Shown here piece after piece: positions 1-8,025 of a stretch of DNA of 30,974 nt. The stretch is taken from contig JBBQXJ010000058.1 of NCBI GenBank assembly GCA_038209745.1, positions 1-30,974 of the forward strand. The letters are read 5' to 3'. Position 1 is the first letter of the stretch; each line of letters starts with the position of its first letter. A model generated the notes under the pieces. That model was not told the DNA's origin. It saw nothing but the letters and a program-made list of their open reading frames with translations, and ran no database searches. Source of the stretch: Verrucomicrobiota bacterium (GTDB lineage: Bacteria > Verrucomicrobiota > Verrucomicrobiia > Limisphaerales > CANJSG01). The translations under genes were made by a program, and so were the position numbers.

Positions 1-189
1 GCTCGGTCAGGGAGAAGAAGGAAAGCTCAGAGGGACGAATGGTTTCGGACACGCGTTCTTGGACGAAAATCCCGCCCTGCTTGCTCAATTTCAACGACTG
101 TTTCTTTTCTGGAAAATCGAGTTTCTGGAAGTCCCCTTAACCAAAATTGGCCAGTCGTTTGCGGGGAGGAGCGGGGTTCCGGCCGCGCC

Positions 190-1260
190 TTAGATCTTCA
201 CCCGGAATTCCTCGCCCTTCTTGATGGAGAGAGCGAATCCGGCCATGAGATCCGGGATCATGATCAGATCCTTGAGGTTTACGACTTCCACGGGGGAGTG
301 CATGTAGCGGTTCGGCAGGCTGATGAGCCCGCTGGGAATACCGCCGCGAGTCCAAAAAATGACATCCGTATCAGTGCCGCTGGTGGCGGAAGTGGCCTCG
401 TGCTGGAGCGGGATCTTCTTCTTCGCCGCGACCTCTTCGATGCGCGCGACGACCTCCGGATGGTTGGCGCCGCCGTGGGTCACGGCCGGTCCGCCGCCCA
501 GCTTGATCTCGCCGTGCATGGCTTGGTTGATCGTGGGGTAGTCGGTGGCGTGGGTGACGTCGACCACGAGGGCGACATCGGGCTTGAGGGAGTAGGCGAT
601 CTGGCGGGCGCCGAAGAGGCCGGTTTCTTCCATGATGTTCGAGACGGCACAGACCTCGACGTTCAGCTTCTTGGCTTGGTCGGAAAGAAGTCGAAGCGCC
701 TCGGCCACGGCCCAAGTGCCGATGCGGTTGTCGAAAGCCCGGGCGATGGCGAGGTCGCCGCGCAGCATCTCGAACTCGTCGACCAGCGTGATCATGTCGC
801 CGATGCGGACGAGCTTCTGCGCTTCTTTCTTGCTGGAGACGCCGATGTCGATGAAGAGCTCGTGCATGTGCGGCAGCTTCCGGTCGTGGTCCACCTTGGT
901 CAGGTGCGGCGCGACGTTGCCGACGACGCCGCGGATCGTGCCGTCCTTGGTGTAGATGTTGACCCGCTGCGCCTTGGTGATGGCTGGGTCGATGCCGCCG
1001 ACCTTCTTCACGTAGAGGAAGCCGTTCGAGTCGATGAAGTTGACCGTCATCGCGATCTCGTCGGCGTGGGCCGCGAGCATCAGGCGGGATCCGCCGCCTT
1101 TGTTCAGCACCGCGACGCAGTTTCCGTAGGCGTCGGAGAAGGTCTCGTCGGCGAACTTGGCGACATAGTCCAGCCAGACGCGCTGGCCCCGGGTTTCGTA
1201 GCCGGTGGGGCTGGGGGTGTTGACCAGGGTCTTGAGGAACTCGAAGGACTTGTCTCGCAT
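190..1260 (-). CDS. M42 family metallo-aminopeptidase (FrvX/YsdC/TET-like)
   Basis: Motifs SPTGYE, LAAHADEI, VGGID, AFDNRIG, MEETGL, VVDVTHA, GTDTD, RYMHSPVE. Start moved to ATG 1260 (MRDKSFEFLKTLV); the longer ORF-track N-terminus overlaps the divergent gene. Confidence 0.93.
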   Translation of the reverse strand: MRDKSFEFLKTLVNTPSPTGYETRGQRVWLDYVAKFADETFSDAYGNCVAVLNKGGGSRLMLAAHADEIAMTVNFIDSNGFLYVKKVGGIDPAITKAQRVNIYTKDGTIRGVVGNVAPHLTKVDHDRKLPHMHELFIDIGVSSKKEAQKLVRIGDMITLVDEFEMLRGDLAIARAFDNRIGTWAVAEALRLLSDQAKKLNVEVCAVSNIMEETGLFGARQIAYSLKPDVALVVDVTHATDYPTINQAMHGEIKLGGGPAVTHGGANHPEVVARIEEVAAKKKIPLQHEATSATSGTDTDVIFWTRGGIPSGLISLPNRYMHSPVEVVNLKDLIMIPDLMAGFALSIKKGEEFRVKI

Positions 1261-1349
1261 GGCCGCAAGGATAGTCACGGGGTAGGGCGTGGAGCAAAAT
1301 GTTCTTCGCCGAGGATGGATCCCGAGGCCGTCGCTGCTACTGTGGTCGA

Positions 1350-2729
1350 GTGCGGAAACGACTTTGGCTCTGGTTGGGCGTCGCCCTCGTCGTCGGGGCG
1401 GCGCTGGCCCCGCTGTGGATGCTGCCCGGGTTGGTCGCGCTGGTGGATTGGAAGTTTTCCTCCGTGCCGCAGATCGCTTCGGCCGATCTCGCGTCTTGGA
1501 TGGAGGATACGAATCGGCCGCGACCCCTGGTGCTCGATGTCCGCGAACCCGAAGAATACACGGCCGGCCATCTTCCTGGCGCGGTCCGCGTCGATCCTTC
1601 GGCAACGGCGGAACAACTGGGGCGGATCCTGGGCGAAGATCGGCCGATGGTCCTCTACTGCTCGGTCGGCTACCGCTCGTCGCAGCTCGCGGAAAGGCTG
1701 GAGCGGGCCGGTGCGACCAACGTCGCCAATCTTCGCGGCGCGATCTTCCGGTGGGCGAACGAAGGGCGGCCTCTGGAGCGGGAAGGCGGGCCCGCTTCCC
1801 GGGTCCACGGCTACAGCCGCGTTTCGAGCCTGATGCTGCGGCCGGATCGCCGGGCTCCGTTTCCCGGCGACCCGACTCCGGCCGGCGATTTGATCGGGCG
1901 GTTCCGCCCGGTTGTGTCGATCGGACTCTTGCTCGTCTTGCTGCTCTGGGAATCGGCCGCGCCGTTTTTTCGGTTCTTTTCCGGCCGGAGAAATCGCGCC
2001 TTCCACGGTGGTCGAAACGTGCTGTTGGGACTGATCAACGGCGTGGTCTCGGCCGTTGCCTTCACCGGCCTCTGGCTGGTCGCGGCCAACTGGGCCGCGG
2101 CCAACGGCGTTGGGCTCATGAACGCGCTGAGCCCGCCGGGTTGGGTCCATGCGGTCGGCGCCATCCTGCTGCTCGACTCCTGGACCTACTGGTGGCACCG
2201 CTTCAACCACAGGTCCCGGTTCCTGTGGCGTTTTCACCGGGTCCATCATTCGGATCCGCACATGGACGTCACCACGGCCAATCGTTTCCATCTCGGGGAG
2301 ATGCTGGCCTCGGGCCTTCTGCGTGTTCCGGTGATCGCGCTGATCGGAGCGCAGTTTTGGGAGATCGCGCTTTATGAATTGATGCTCTTCTCCGTCGTCC
2401 AGTTCCACCACGCCAACATCTGGGTAGGCGACCGCGCGGACCATTGGCTGCGGGTGCTGATCGTGACGCCCGCGATGCACAAGGTGCACCACTCCGTCTG
2501 GCAGCCCGAGACGGATTCCAACTACGCGTCGCTGTTCTCGATCTGGGACCGGCTCTTCCGCTCGTTCCGTCTGAATCCCGCGCCCAAAACGATCCGGCTG
2601 GGTCTGGACGATTTCTCGGACCCGGACCAGCAGACGTTGGGAGGAATGATGGCGATTCCCTTCGAGAACGATCCGAGACCGACCGGCGATGAGCGCGTGG
2701 AACCGAAGACCGACCGGGCTCGCTCCTGA
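1350..2729 (+). CDS. Rhodanese domain / sterol desaturase (fatty acid hydroxylase superfamily) fusion membrane protein
   Basis: N-terminal hydrophobic anchor. Rhodanese motifs LDVREPEEYTAGHLPGA, YCSVGYRS, NLRGAIFRW. Then TM helices and His boxes WHRFNH, FHRVHH, FHHAN, HKVHH. Start uncertain (GTG 1350 preferred over ATG 1299). Confidence 0.88.
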   Translation: MRKRLWLWLGVALVVGAALAPLWMLPGLVALVDWKFSSVPQIASADLASWMEDTNRPRPLVLDVREPEEYTAGHLPGAVRVDPSATAEQLGRILGEDRPMVLYCSVGYRSSQLAERLERAGATNVANLRGAIFRWANEGRPLEREGGPASRVHGYSRVSSLMLRPDRRAPFPGDPTPAGDLIGRFRPVVSIGLLLVLLLWESAAPFFRFFSGRRNRAFHGGRNVLLGLINGVVSAVAFTGLWLVAANWAAANGVGLMNALSPPGWVHAVGAILLLDSWTYWWHRFNHRSRFLWRFHRVHHSDPHMDVTTANRFHLGEMLASGLLRVPVIALIGAQFWEIALYELMLFSVVQFHHANIWVGDRADHWLRVLIVTPAMHKVHHSVWQPETDSNYASLFSIWDRLFRSFRLNPAPKTIRLGLDDFSDPDQQTLGGMMAIPFENDPRPTGDERVEPKTDRARS

Positions 2730-2745
2730 ACCATCCGAATCGCGT

Positions 2746-2776
2746 CCGGCGGGAAGTTCAACCGCCGGCTCTTTCT
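2746..2776 (+). terminator. Possible weak intrinsic terminator after the desaturase fusion gene
   Basis: CCGGCGG-9 nt-CCGCCGG hairpin followed by CTCTTTCT, between convergent genes. Confidence 0.3.
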
Positions 2777-2843
2777 CCGCCATGGCCTGTTGGTTCACCG
2801 CTGTCGAGTGGAGAGAAGTCTGGGCTTCGCCGACCCCGATGGA

Positions 2844-4634
2844 TCACGGGTTGTTGGCGGAGAGCGGCCAAAAGATAGGCACTAGCACCATGGCCAGGAT
2901 GAACAGAAGAATCGTGAGAGGCCCGCCGACGCGGACAAAGTCGATGAACCGATAGCGGCCGGGACCGTAGACCATCAGGCACGCGGGCTCCAAGGGGGTC
3001 AGATAGGAGCAACTCGCGGCCACGGCGATGATGAGCGCGAAGGGGCGCGGGTTCAGCTGAAGGAGGTTCGCCGTTTGGATGGCGATGGGGACGACCACGG
3101 CGGCGGCGGCCTGGTTGGACATCGGCTGGGTGAGCGCCACCGTCAGGAGGAAGAAGCCGGCTAGAAGCCACAGCGGGGAGTGTCCGGAGGCGATGCCGGT
3201 GATGCCGTTGGCCAGATACTGCGCGGTGCCGGTTCCGGCCATGGCTTCGCCGAGGCCGAGCATCGAGGCGATGAGGATGACCACCCGCCAATCGACCTCG
3301 CGATAGGCGTCGGACGGCGAGACGCAGCGGGTCGCGAACACCAGGAACGCGCCCAAGAGGGCGGCGACGGGCAAGGGCAACAAGTGGACGGAGGCGACCG
3401 CCAGCGAGGCGGCGAAGATCACGGATGTGCGGGCCGCCTTGCCGCGGTCGAGCCGGTGGTCTTCGATCGCGCCGAGGACGCTGCACCAACCGTCGTCGCG
3501 GAGGGCGGCGACGTTGGCGCGGTGGCCTTGGAGCAGGAGCACGTCGCCCACGCGCAGGCTGATGTGGCTGAGCTTGCGGATCAGGTTCTTCCCATGGCGG
3601 TTGAGGCCGAGGACCTGGAGGCCGAAGCGTTCGCGGAACGCGAGGGACTTGAGCGTCTGGCCGATCAGCGGCGAGTTGGGAATGATGAGGGCCTCGACCA
3701 GGGAGGTGTCTCCGGAGGACAGACCCGGATCGGACAGCGTCGCGTTGGACCGGATCTCGATCCCGGCGGTGTCCTTCACCTTGAGGACCTCTTCGCGCGG
3801 GCCTTCGACCAGGAGGATGTCGCCGGCTTCGAGGACGAGGTTGGAGCGAGGCACCAGATACTCGTCATTCCCCCGGACGACGCGGATAACGGTGAGGTCC
3901 AGCTCTTGGCCGAGGCTGGCGGACCGGAGCGTCTTCCCGGCCAGTTTCGACTTCGGAAGGATGAGCACCTCTGTGAGGTAGGAGCGGATGCCGAAACCGT
4001 CGATCAGGCCGTCCGGGCCGGCGCGTTCCGGAATCCAGCGCCGACCGATGAAGAACACGTAGAGCAGGCCGACCACGGCGATGGGGATGCCCACTGGGGC
4101 CAGCTCGAACATCCGCATGGGCTTCAGACCGGCCCCGGTCATGAGGCCGTTGACCACGAGGTTCGTGGAGGTGCTGACGAGGGAGACGGAGCTGGAGAGA
4201 ATCGAGGCGAAGGCGACGGGCATCAGCAGCCGGGCGGGGGACATGCCGGATTTCGCGGCGATGCCCATGACCACCGGGACGAAGAACGCCGTGGCGGCGG
4301 TGTTGCTGATGAACGCGCTCAACGTGGCCACGGCCAGCATCACGAGGAAAAGGAGCAGATCGGGTCTAGTGCCGGCCCGCCGCATGATGGTGCGCCCGAC
4401 GATGTCCACGACGCCCGTTTTCAGCATGGCGGCGGTCATGATGAGCACGCCGATGATGACGATGACGGTGTCGCTGCCGAACCCGTTGAAGGCTTTCTCC
4501 ATCGGCAGCAGACCCGTCAGGATGAGCGACAGGAGAAGCCCAAGCGCGACCACGTCCGCCGGCACCCAGTCGAAACAGAACAGGATGAGGGCGACCGACA
4601 CGAGCAGCAGGAGCAGCGCGATTTCGAGGGTCAC
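2844..4634 (-). CDS. SLC13/CitMHS-family anion (sulfate or di/tricarboxylate) permease with two TrkA-C domains (YfbS-like)
   Basis: LSAFISNTAA, STSTNL, MSNQAAAAV and YLTPL..ACLMVYGPGRY motifs. Two hydrophobic halves flank TrkA-C repeats (SKLAGKTL..., SPLIGQTL...). GTG start 4634. Confidence 0.9.
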   Translation of the reverse strand: MTLEIALLLLLVSVALILFCFDWVPADVVALGLLLSLILTGLLPMEKAFNGFGSDTVIVIIGVLIMTAAMLKTGVVDIVGRTIMRRAGTRPDLLLFLVMLAVATLSAFISNTAATAFFVPVVMGIAAKSGMSPARLLMPVAFASILSSSVSLVSTSTNLVVNGLMTGAGLKPMRMFELAPVGIPIAVVGLLYVFFIGRRWIPERAGPDGLIDGFGIRSYLTEVLILPKSKLAGKTLRSASLGQELDLTVIRVVRGNDEYLVPRSNLVLEAGDILLVEGPREEVLKVKDTAGIEIRSNATLSDPGLSSGDTSLVEALIIPNSPLIGQTLKSLAFRERFGLQVLGLNRHGKNLIRKLSHISLRVGDVLLLQGHRANVAALRDDGWCSVLGAIEDHRLDRGKAARTSVIFAASLAVASVHLLPLPVAALLGAFLVFATRCVSPSDAYREVDWRVVILIASMLGLGEAMAGTGTAQYLANGITGIASGHSPLWLLAGFFLLTVALTQPMSNQAAAAVVVPIAIQTANLLQLNPRPFALIIAVAASCSYLTPLEPACLMVYGPGRYRFIDFVRVGGPLTILLFILAMVLVPIFWPLSANNP

Positions 4635-4933
4635 AGCGTGAGGGTAGACAGAAGGCTTCGGCGATGAACAGGGTCGAGAAGCGGAAACGGGTCTGCGGGG
4701 AAACATCGACCTCGGGGTCACTGATTCCGGGGCAGCGTTCCTCTCGTCCCGATCACTCGCCGGGGTCATTTGCCTTCGAGGCCACAAGAGCGCTCGACTT
4801 CCAGGACTTGCCGGTTGGAGACGGGGAGAACAATCGAAAGGTTGGGTCTGCGATTTTGGAGACCGGTTTGGGGTCCTCGGGCGACATGGACTGAATGATT
4901 TCCGGGGTAAACCAGTCGGGGAAAGGTGACGCG

Positions 4934-5308
4934 ATGAAACTGTTCCGACGCTTTCGCTATCCGCTGCTGTTTCTGGTGGTCCTCCTGTTTTGCTCGGTGA
5001 TGATCGTCCGGCAGTTCCAGCGCAACGTCTCCAAGCATGTGGAGCGGCGCGAGGCGTTCATCCTCCTGTTCGTGAAGGGCTATCGGACGGAGGCGTTCCG
5101 GCTGTATGAGCGGCTCTTGGGGGAGGTGCCGACGATGTCGAACGACCAGTTGCTGGACGACTTCCAGCGAACGCTCCAAGTGGTCAACGCGGTGGACAAG
5201 AGCGAGAACGGCAATCTCATCTACAACTACCATTGGGAGGTCAGCAAGCAGATGGAGGTCAGGGCGGTGGACATCGTGGATCGCGCCAAAAAGCTGGCGG
5301 CAGAATGA
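4934..5308 (+). CDS. Hypothetical protein with N-terminal membrane anchor (124 aa)
   Basis: ATG after AAAGGTG. MKLFRRFRYPLLFLVVLLFCSVMIV basic/hydrophobic start; GC3-rich codons; upstream of leuD. Confidence 0.75.
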   Translation: MKLFRRFRYPLLFLVVLLFCSVMIVRQFQRNVSKHVERREAFILLFVKGYRTEAFRLYERLLGEVPTMSNDQLLDDFQRTLQVVNAVDKSENGNLIYNYHWEVSKQMEVRAVDIVDRAKKLAAE

Positions 5309-5377
5309 TCCTTTGGAACCGTCGGCTGCTGCTGGCGGACGCTTGCGGAGGCGGGCCCGGGCTCCTAGATTCGGCCG

Positions 5378-5929
5378 ATGAAAAGCGTTTTCACGGGTCC
5401 CGTCTTCGTTGTCCGGGACAACATCGATACGGACCAGATCATTCCGGCCCAGTATTTGAACCTGATTCCCACGATCGCCGAGGAGTATGAAAAGCTCGGC
5501 TCGTTCGCGATGATCGGCCTGCCAGATGTCCAATATCCGACCCGGTTTGTGGAAGAAGGGCAGATCGACTCGAAGTATCCCATCATCATCGGTGGCCGGA
5601 ACTTCGGCTGCGGCAGCTCGCGCGAGCATGCTCCCATCGCCATCGGTTCGGCCAACTGCGAGGCCATCGTGGCGGAGAGCTTTGCCCGCATCTTCTTCCG
5701 CAACTGCGTGGCCACCGGGGAACTGTATCCCTGCGAAGCGATCGAGCGGCTGTGCGACCTCTTCAAGACCGGGGACGAAGCGACGCTCGATCTGGACGCC
5801 CACACGATCACGCACCTTGGGACCGGGAAATCCTATCCCATCAAGTCTCTGGGCGACGTCCGGCCGGTGGTGGACGCGGGAGGTATTTTCAACTTCGCAC
5901 GCGAGGCAGGAATGATCGCAAAGAAGTAG
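5378..5929 (+). CDS. leuD: 3-isopropylmalate dehydratase small subunit
   Basis: DNIDTDQIIPA, GRNFGCGSSREHAP, AESFARIFFRN. Confidence 0.92.
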   Translation: MKSVFTGPVFVVRDNIDTDQIIPAQYLNLIPTIAEEYEKLGSFAMIGLPDVQYPTRFVEEGQIDSKYPIIIGGRNFGCGSSREHAPIAIGSANCEAIVAESFARIFFRNCVATGELYPCEAIERLCDLFKTGDEATLDLDAHTITHLGTGKSYPIKSLGDVRPVVDAGGIFNFAREAGMIAKK

Positions 5930-5950
5930 GCCTTCCAGCCTTCTGCCAGG

Positions 5951-5993
5951 AAAAGGAAAGCCGCCGGTCACGAGACTGGCGGCTTCTCCTTTT
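5951..5993. terminator. Bidirectional intrinsic terminator
   Basis: AAAAGG-AAGCCGCCGGTC acga GACTGGCGGCTT-CTCCTTTT: 12-bp stem between convergent genes. Confidence 0.7.
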
Positions 5994-6013
5994 GCGGGGG
6001 TGCGAGCAGTGGC

Positions 6014-6445
6014 TCAGTCGTCTTCGAGACCCACGTCGAGGATCTGGGCCAGGTGGATTCTTTCCCAGGCCGCCGACTCGGCTTCGATCCCATTTTTCGG
6101 CGAAAAGCCTTCTGTGACGGCGCGAGCCAAGAGGACTTGGGCCAGGGTCTCCAGGAGGCTCGATTGATGGCAGCGACGGAACCGCCGGAGGCTGGTCACG
6201 GTGATCGACCGAGCCGGCAGCAACCGGAGCAGTTCGGGGTCGTCGACGGCGCGCAGAAGGACCTCCGATGAGGCGAGAAACCCGTCCGCGTAGCAGCGCA
6301 CGAGCAGGATGAGGAGATTGGCCGTTTCCACTGCCTGTTCCCGGGAGGGGCACGGTTGGTAGGAGGGCCGGACATACGTCTCCACCCGGGACGTCGGTAT
6401 TGCCGGCCTCGCCCTGCGTCCAAGTCGAATGTTGCCCAATACCAT
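6014..6445 (-). CDS. Stand-alone DUF772 (IS1182/IS5 transposase N-terminal-like) domain protein
   Basis: LLILLVRCYADGFLASSEV...DDPELLRLL...TSLRRFRRCHQSSLLETLAQVL follows the IS1182 N-terminal pattern (LLxYxYxxGxxSS...TIxRFRRRH). No DDE domain and no terminal IRs. Confidence 0.65.
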   Translation of the reverse strand: MVLGNIRLGRRARPAIPTSRVETYVRPSYQPCPSREQAVETANLLILLVRCYADGFLASSEVLLRAVDDPELLRLLPARSITVTSLRRFRRCHQSSLLETLAQVLLARAVTEGFSPKNGIEAESAAWERIHLAQILDVGLEDD

Positions 6446-6531
6446 GGGTCTAACTTCGACTGTGCGCGTGACAGGAATGTGTCGATCGGGCGAAGAGCCG
6501 GTGGCGTTTTAGGGCTGGAAAGCGGGCCGGA

Positions 6532-7635
6532 TCAGGCGGCGATTCCCAGGTCTTCGTAGATACGGGAGTTGAGTTCCAGGCCGCGCTTGTGATGGATGCG
6601 GATGCCGGGAAGGCCATTGCAGATCCAGGCGACGACAAGGCGGTGCCGGGGATCGGCGAAAGCACAGGAGCTTTGCACGCCGCCGTGCCCGAACGACTCG
6701 TCGGAGGCGTGGCGGCCGAAACCGTAGGGAACCGTTTCAGCGCCGTAGCGTTGCGAGTTGATGATCAGGCCGTAGCCGAAGTCGATCTTGTGCTTGAACG
6801 TGTCGTCGAAGAGTCCTTCCCGTTGGCGGCGGGTGAGGCTGTCGAGGGTCGACCGTTGGAGCAGCGGACTGGGATTCGCCAGAAGGGCCTCGTAGAATCG
6901 GCCAAGGTCGTGGATGGGGCCGCGCAAGAACGCGCCGGGGCGGAGAATGGCAGCGGAGGCCGGGGTGTTCCAAAACGGATGGGGATCAGTCGTTCCCCGA
7001 TCCGTGAGATGCATCCAGCCGAGGTTCTTCTCCAGCGATGGAAACGATGCGGGAGGAATGCGGACGTGGCTGTCGGTCATTCCTGCCGGGGCGAAGACCT
7101 TCTTCGAGATGTAGTCTTCAAACGGCTGGTCGGCGATCCGTTGAACCAGTTCCGCGAGGATCGTCCAGCTGGAATGGGTATGGTACCCGGCCTGGGCGCC
7201 GGGCCGGGCACCGGGTTCTAGGGGGGATTCGTAGATTTGGCGGAGGGTGTCCGGCCAGGAGGTGTCTTCCGGGACAGTGTCGGCGGAGCGAAAGCCGCCC
7301 GTGTGGGTGAGGAGATGGCGGAGTTCGACGACGTCTTTGCCATGCGCGGCGAATTCCGGAATCCAACGTGTGATCGGCGTGTCCCAGTTCAAGCGGCCTT
7401 GTTCGACCAACTGGGCCACCGCGACGGCGGTGATGGGTTTCCCTGACGAGAACCAGAGATTCAGGGTGTTGACGGTCATCGGGCTCTGCGGGCACGCGTC
7501 GCCGAGGGCCAGATCCAGAAGCGAGTTCCCCTCCATCGAAACATAGAGCTGACACCCCGGGTGCCAGCCCAGACGACGGCATTCGTTCAACCATTCCAGG
7601 GTTCTTGGGAAAGCATCGCTAAATTTGGACGTCAT
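6532..7635 (-). CDS. Serine hydrolase, class C beta-lactamase/esterase-like
   Basis: FSSGK (SxxK), LRHLLTHTGG, GYH at the YxN position, FGHGG. No signal peptide. ATG 7635. Confidence 0.9.
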   Translation of the reverse strand: MTSKFSDAFPRTLEWLNECRRLGWHPGCQLYVSMEGNSLLDLALGDACPQSPMTVNTLNLWFSSGKPITAVAVAQLVEQGRLNWDTPITRWIPEFAAHGKDVVELRHLLTHTGGFRSADTVPEDTSWPDTLRQIYESPLEPGARPGAQAGYHTHSSWTILAELVQRIADQPFEDYISKKVFAPAGMTDSHVRIPPASFPSLEKNLGWMHLTDRGTTDPHPFWNTPASAAILRPGAFLRGPIHDLGRFYEALLANPSPLLQRSTLDSLTRRQREGLFDDTFKHKIDFGYGLIINSQRYGAETVPYGFGRHASDESFGHGGVQSSCAFADPRHRLVVAWICNGLPGIRIHHKRGLELNSRIYEDLGIAA

Positions 7636-7706
7636 TTTTCGTCGAGTGGAGATTCTGTGCTCAGGTCCGAACTGTTGGCCCGGGAGGCGACGGTGCAAGT
7701 CTAGGG

Positions 7707-7722
7707 TGGAACGGGTTCTGCA
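7707..7722 (+). promoter_or_regulatory. Putative sigma54 (-24/-12) promoter
   Basis: TGGAACGGGTTCTGCA: GG-N10-GC, close to the consensus TGGCACG-N4-TTGCW; 44 nt upstream of ATG 7767. Confidence 0.6.
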
Positions 7723-7766
7723 TGCAGCAGGTGGCCTTCAAAAAACTGCAAAAACGAAACGAACAA

Positions 7767-7952
7767 ATGACTCCAACATCGGGAGTGGAAAAACTAAGCA
7801 GAAAAGAACCTGAAAACAGGAAGGTTCCGCTCCCGGGGCCGGTCCGATTGGGGGATGGGCCGCAAGGCACTTCTCATGGTCAGATCGCTCTTGGGGCCCT
7901 TCGTCTGGGTGTTGTGCTGTGGTTCTTGTGGTGGCTTTTGGGCCGTCATTGA
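7767..7952 (+). CDS. Small protein (61 aa) with C-terminal transmembrane helix
   Basis: ATG after an A-rich leader; C-terminus IALGALRLGVVLWFLWWLLGRH; bracketed by a promoter and a terminator. Confidence 0.55.
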   Translation: MTPTSGVEKLSRKEPENRKVPLPGPVRLGDGPQGTSHGQIALGALRLGVVLWFLWWLLGRH

Positions 7953-7972
7953 GAAGCCGCATCCGGATCTGC

Positions 7973-8011
7973 GGGAGCCTCCGGGGGAAACCTCGGGGGT
8001 TTCCTTTTTTT
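7973..8011 (+). terminator. Rho-independent terminator
   Basis: GGGAGCCTCCGGGG gaaa CCTCGGGGGTTTCC: 14-bp stem (with G-U pairs), GAAA tetraloop, followed by T7. Confidence 0.85.
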
Positions 8012-8025
8012 GGCGACCGGCTTTG

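Noticed and set aside
1..52. Possible 5' end of a minus-strand gene (VSETIRPSELSFFSLTE...) running off the window
   Set aside because: Only 17 codons visible; neither the start nor the product can be supported.
4682..4697. CGGAAACGGGTCTGCG as a sigma54 promoter
   Set aside because: GG-N10-GC spacing fits, but the -24 context is poor and it lies about 240 nt from the next start.
6014..6445. Active IS element
   Set aside because: No catalytic DDE domain, terminal inverted repeats or target duplication seen.
6532..7635. Antibiotic-resistance beta-lactamase
   Set aside because: No signal peptide, and YxN/KTG are replaced by YH and HGG; more like a family VIII esterase-type hydrolase.
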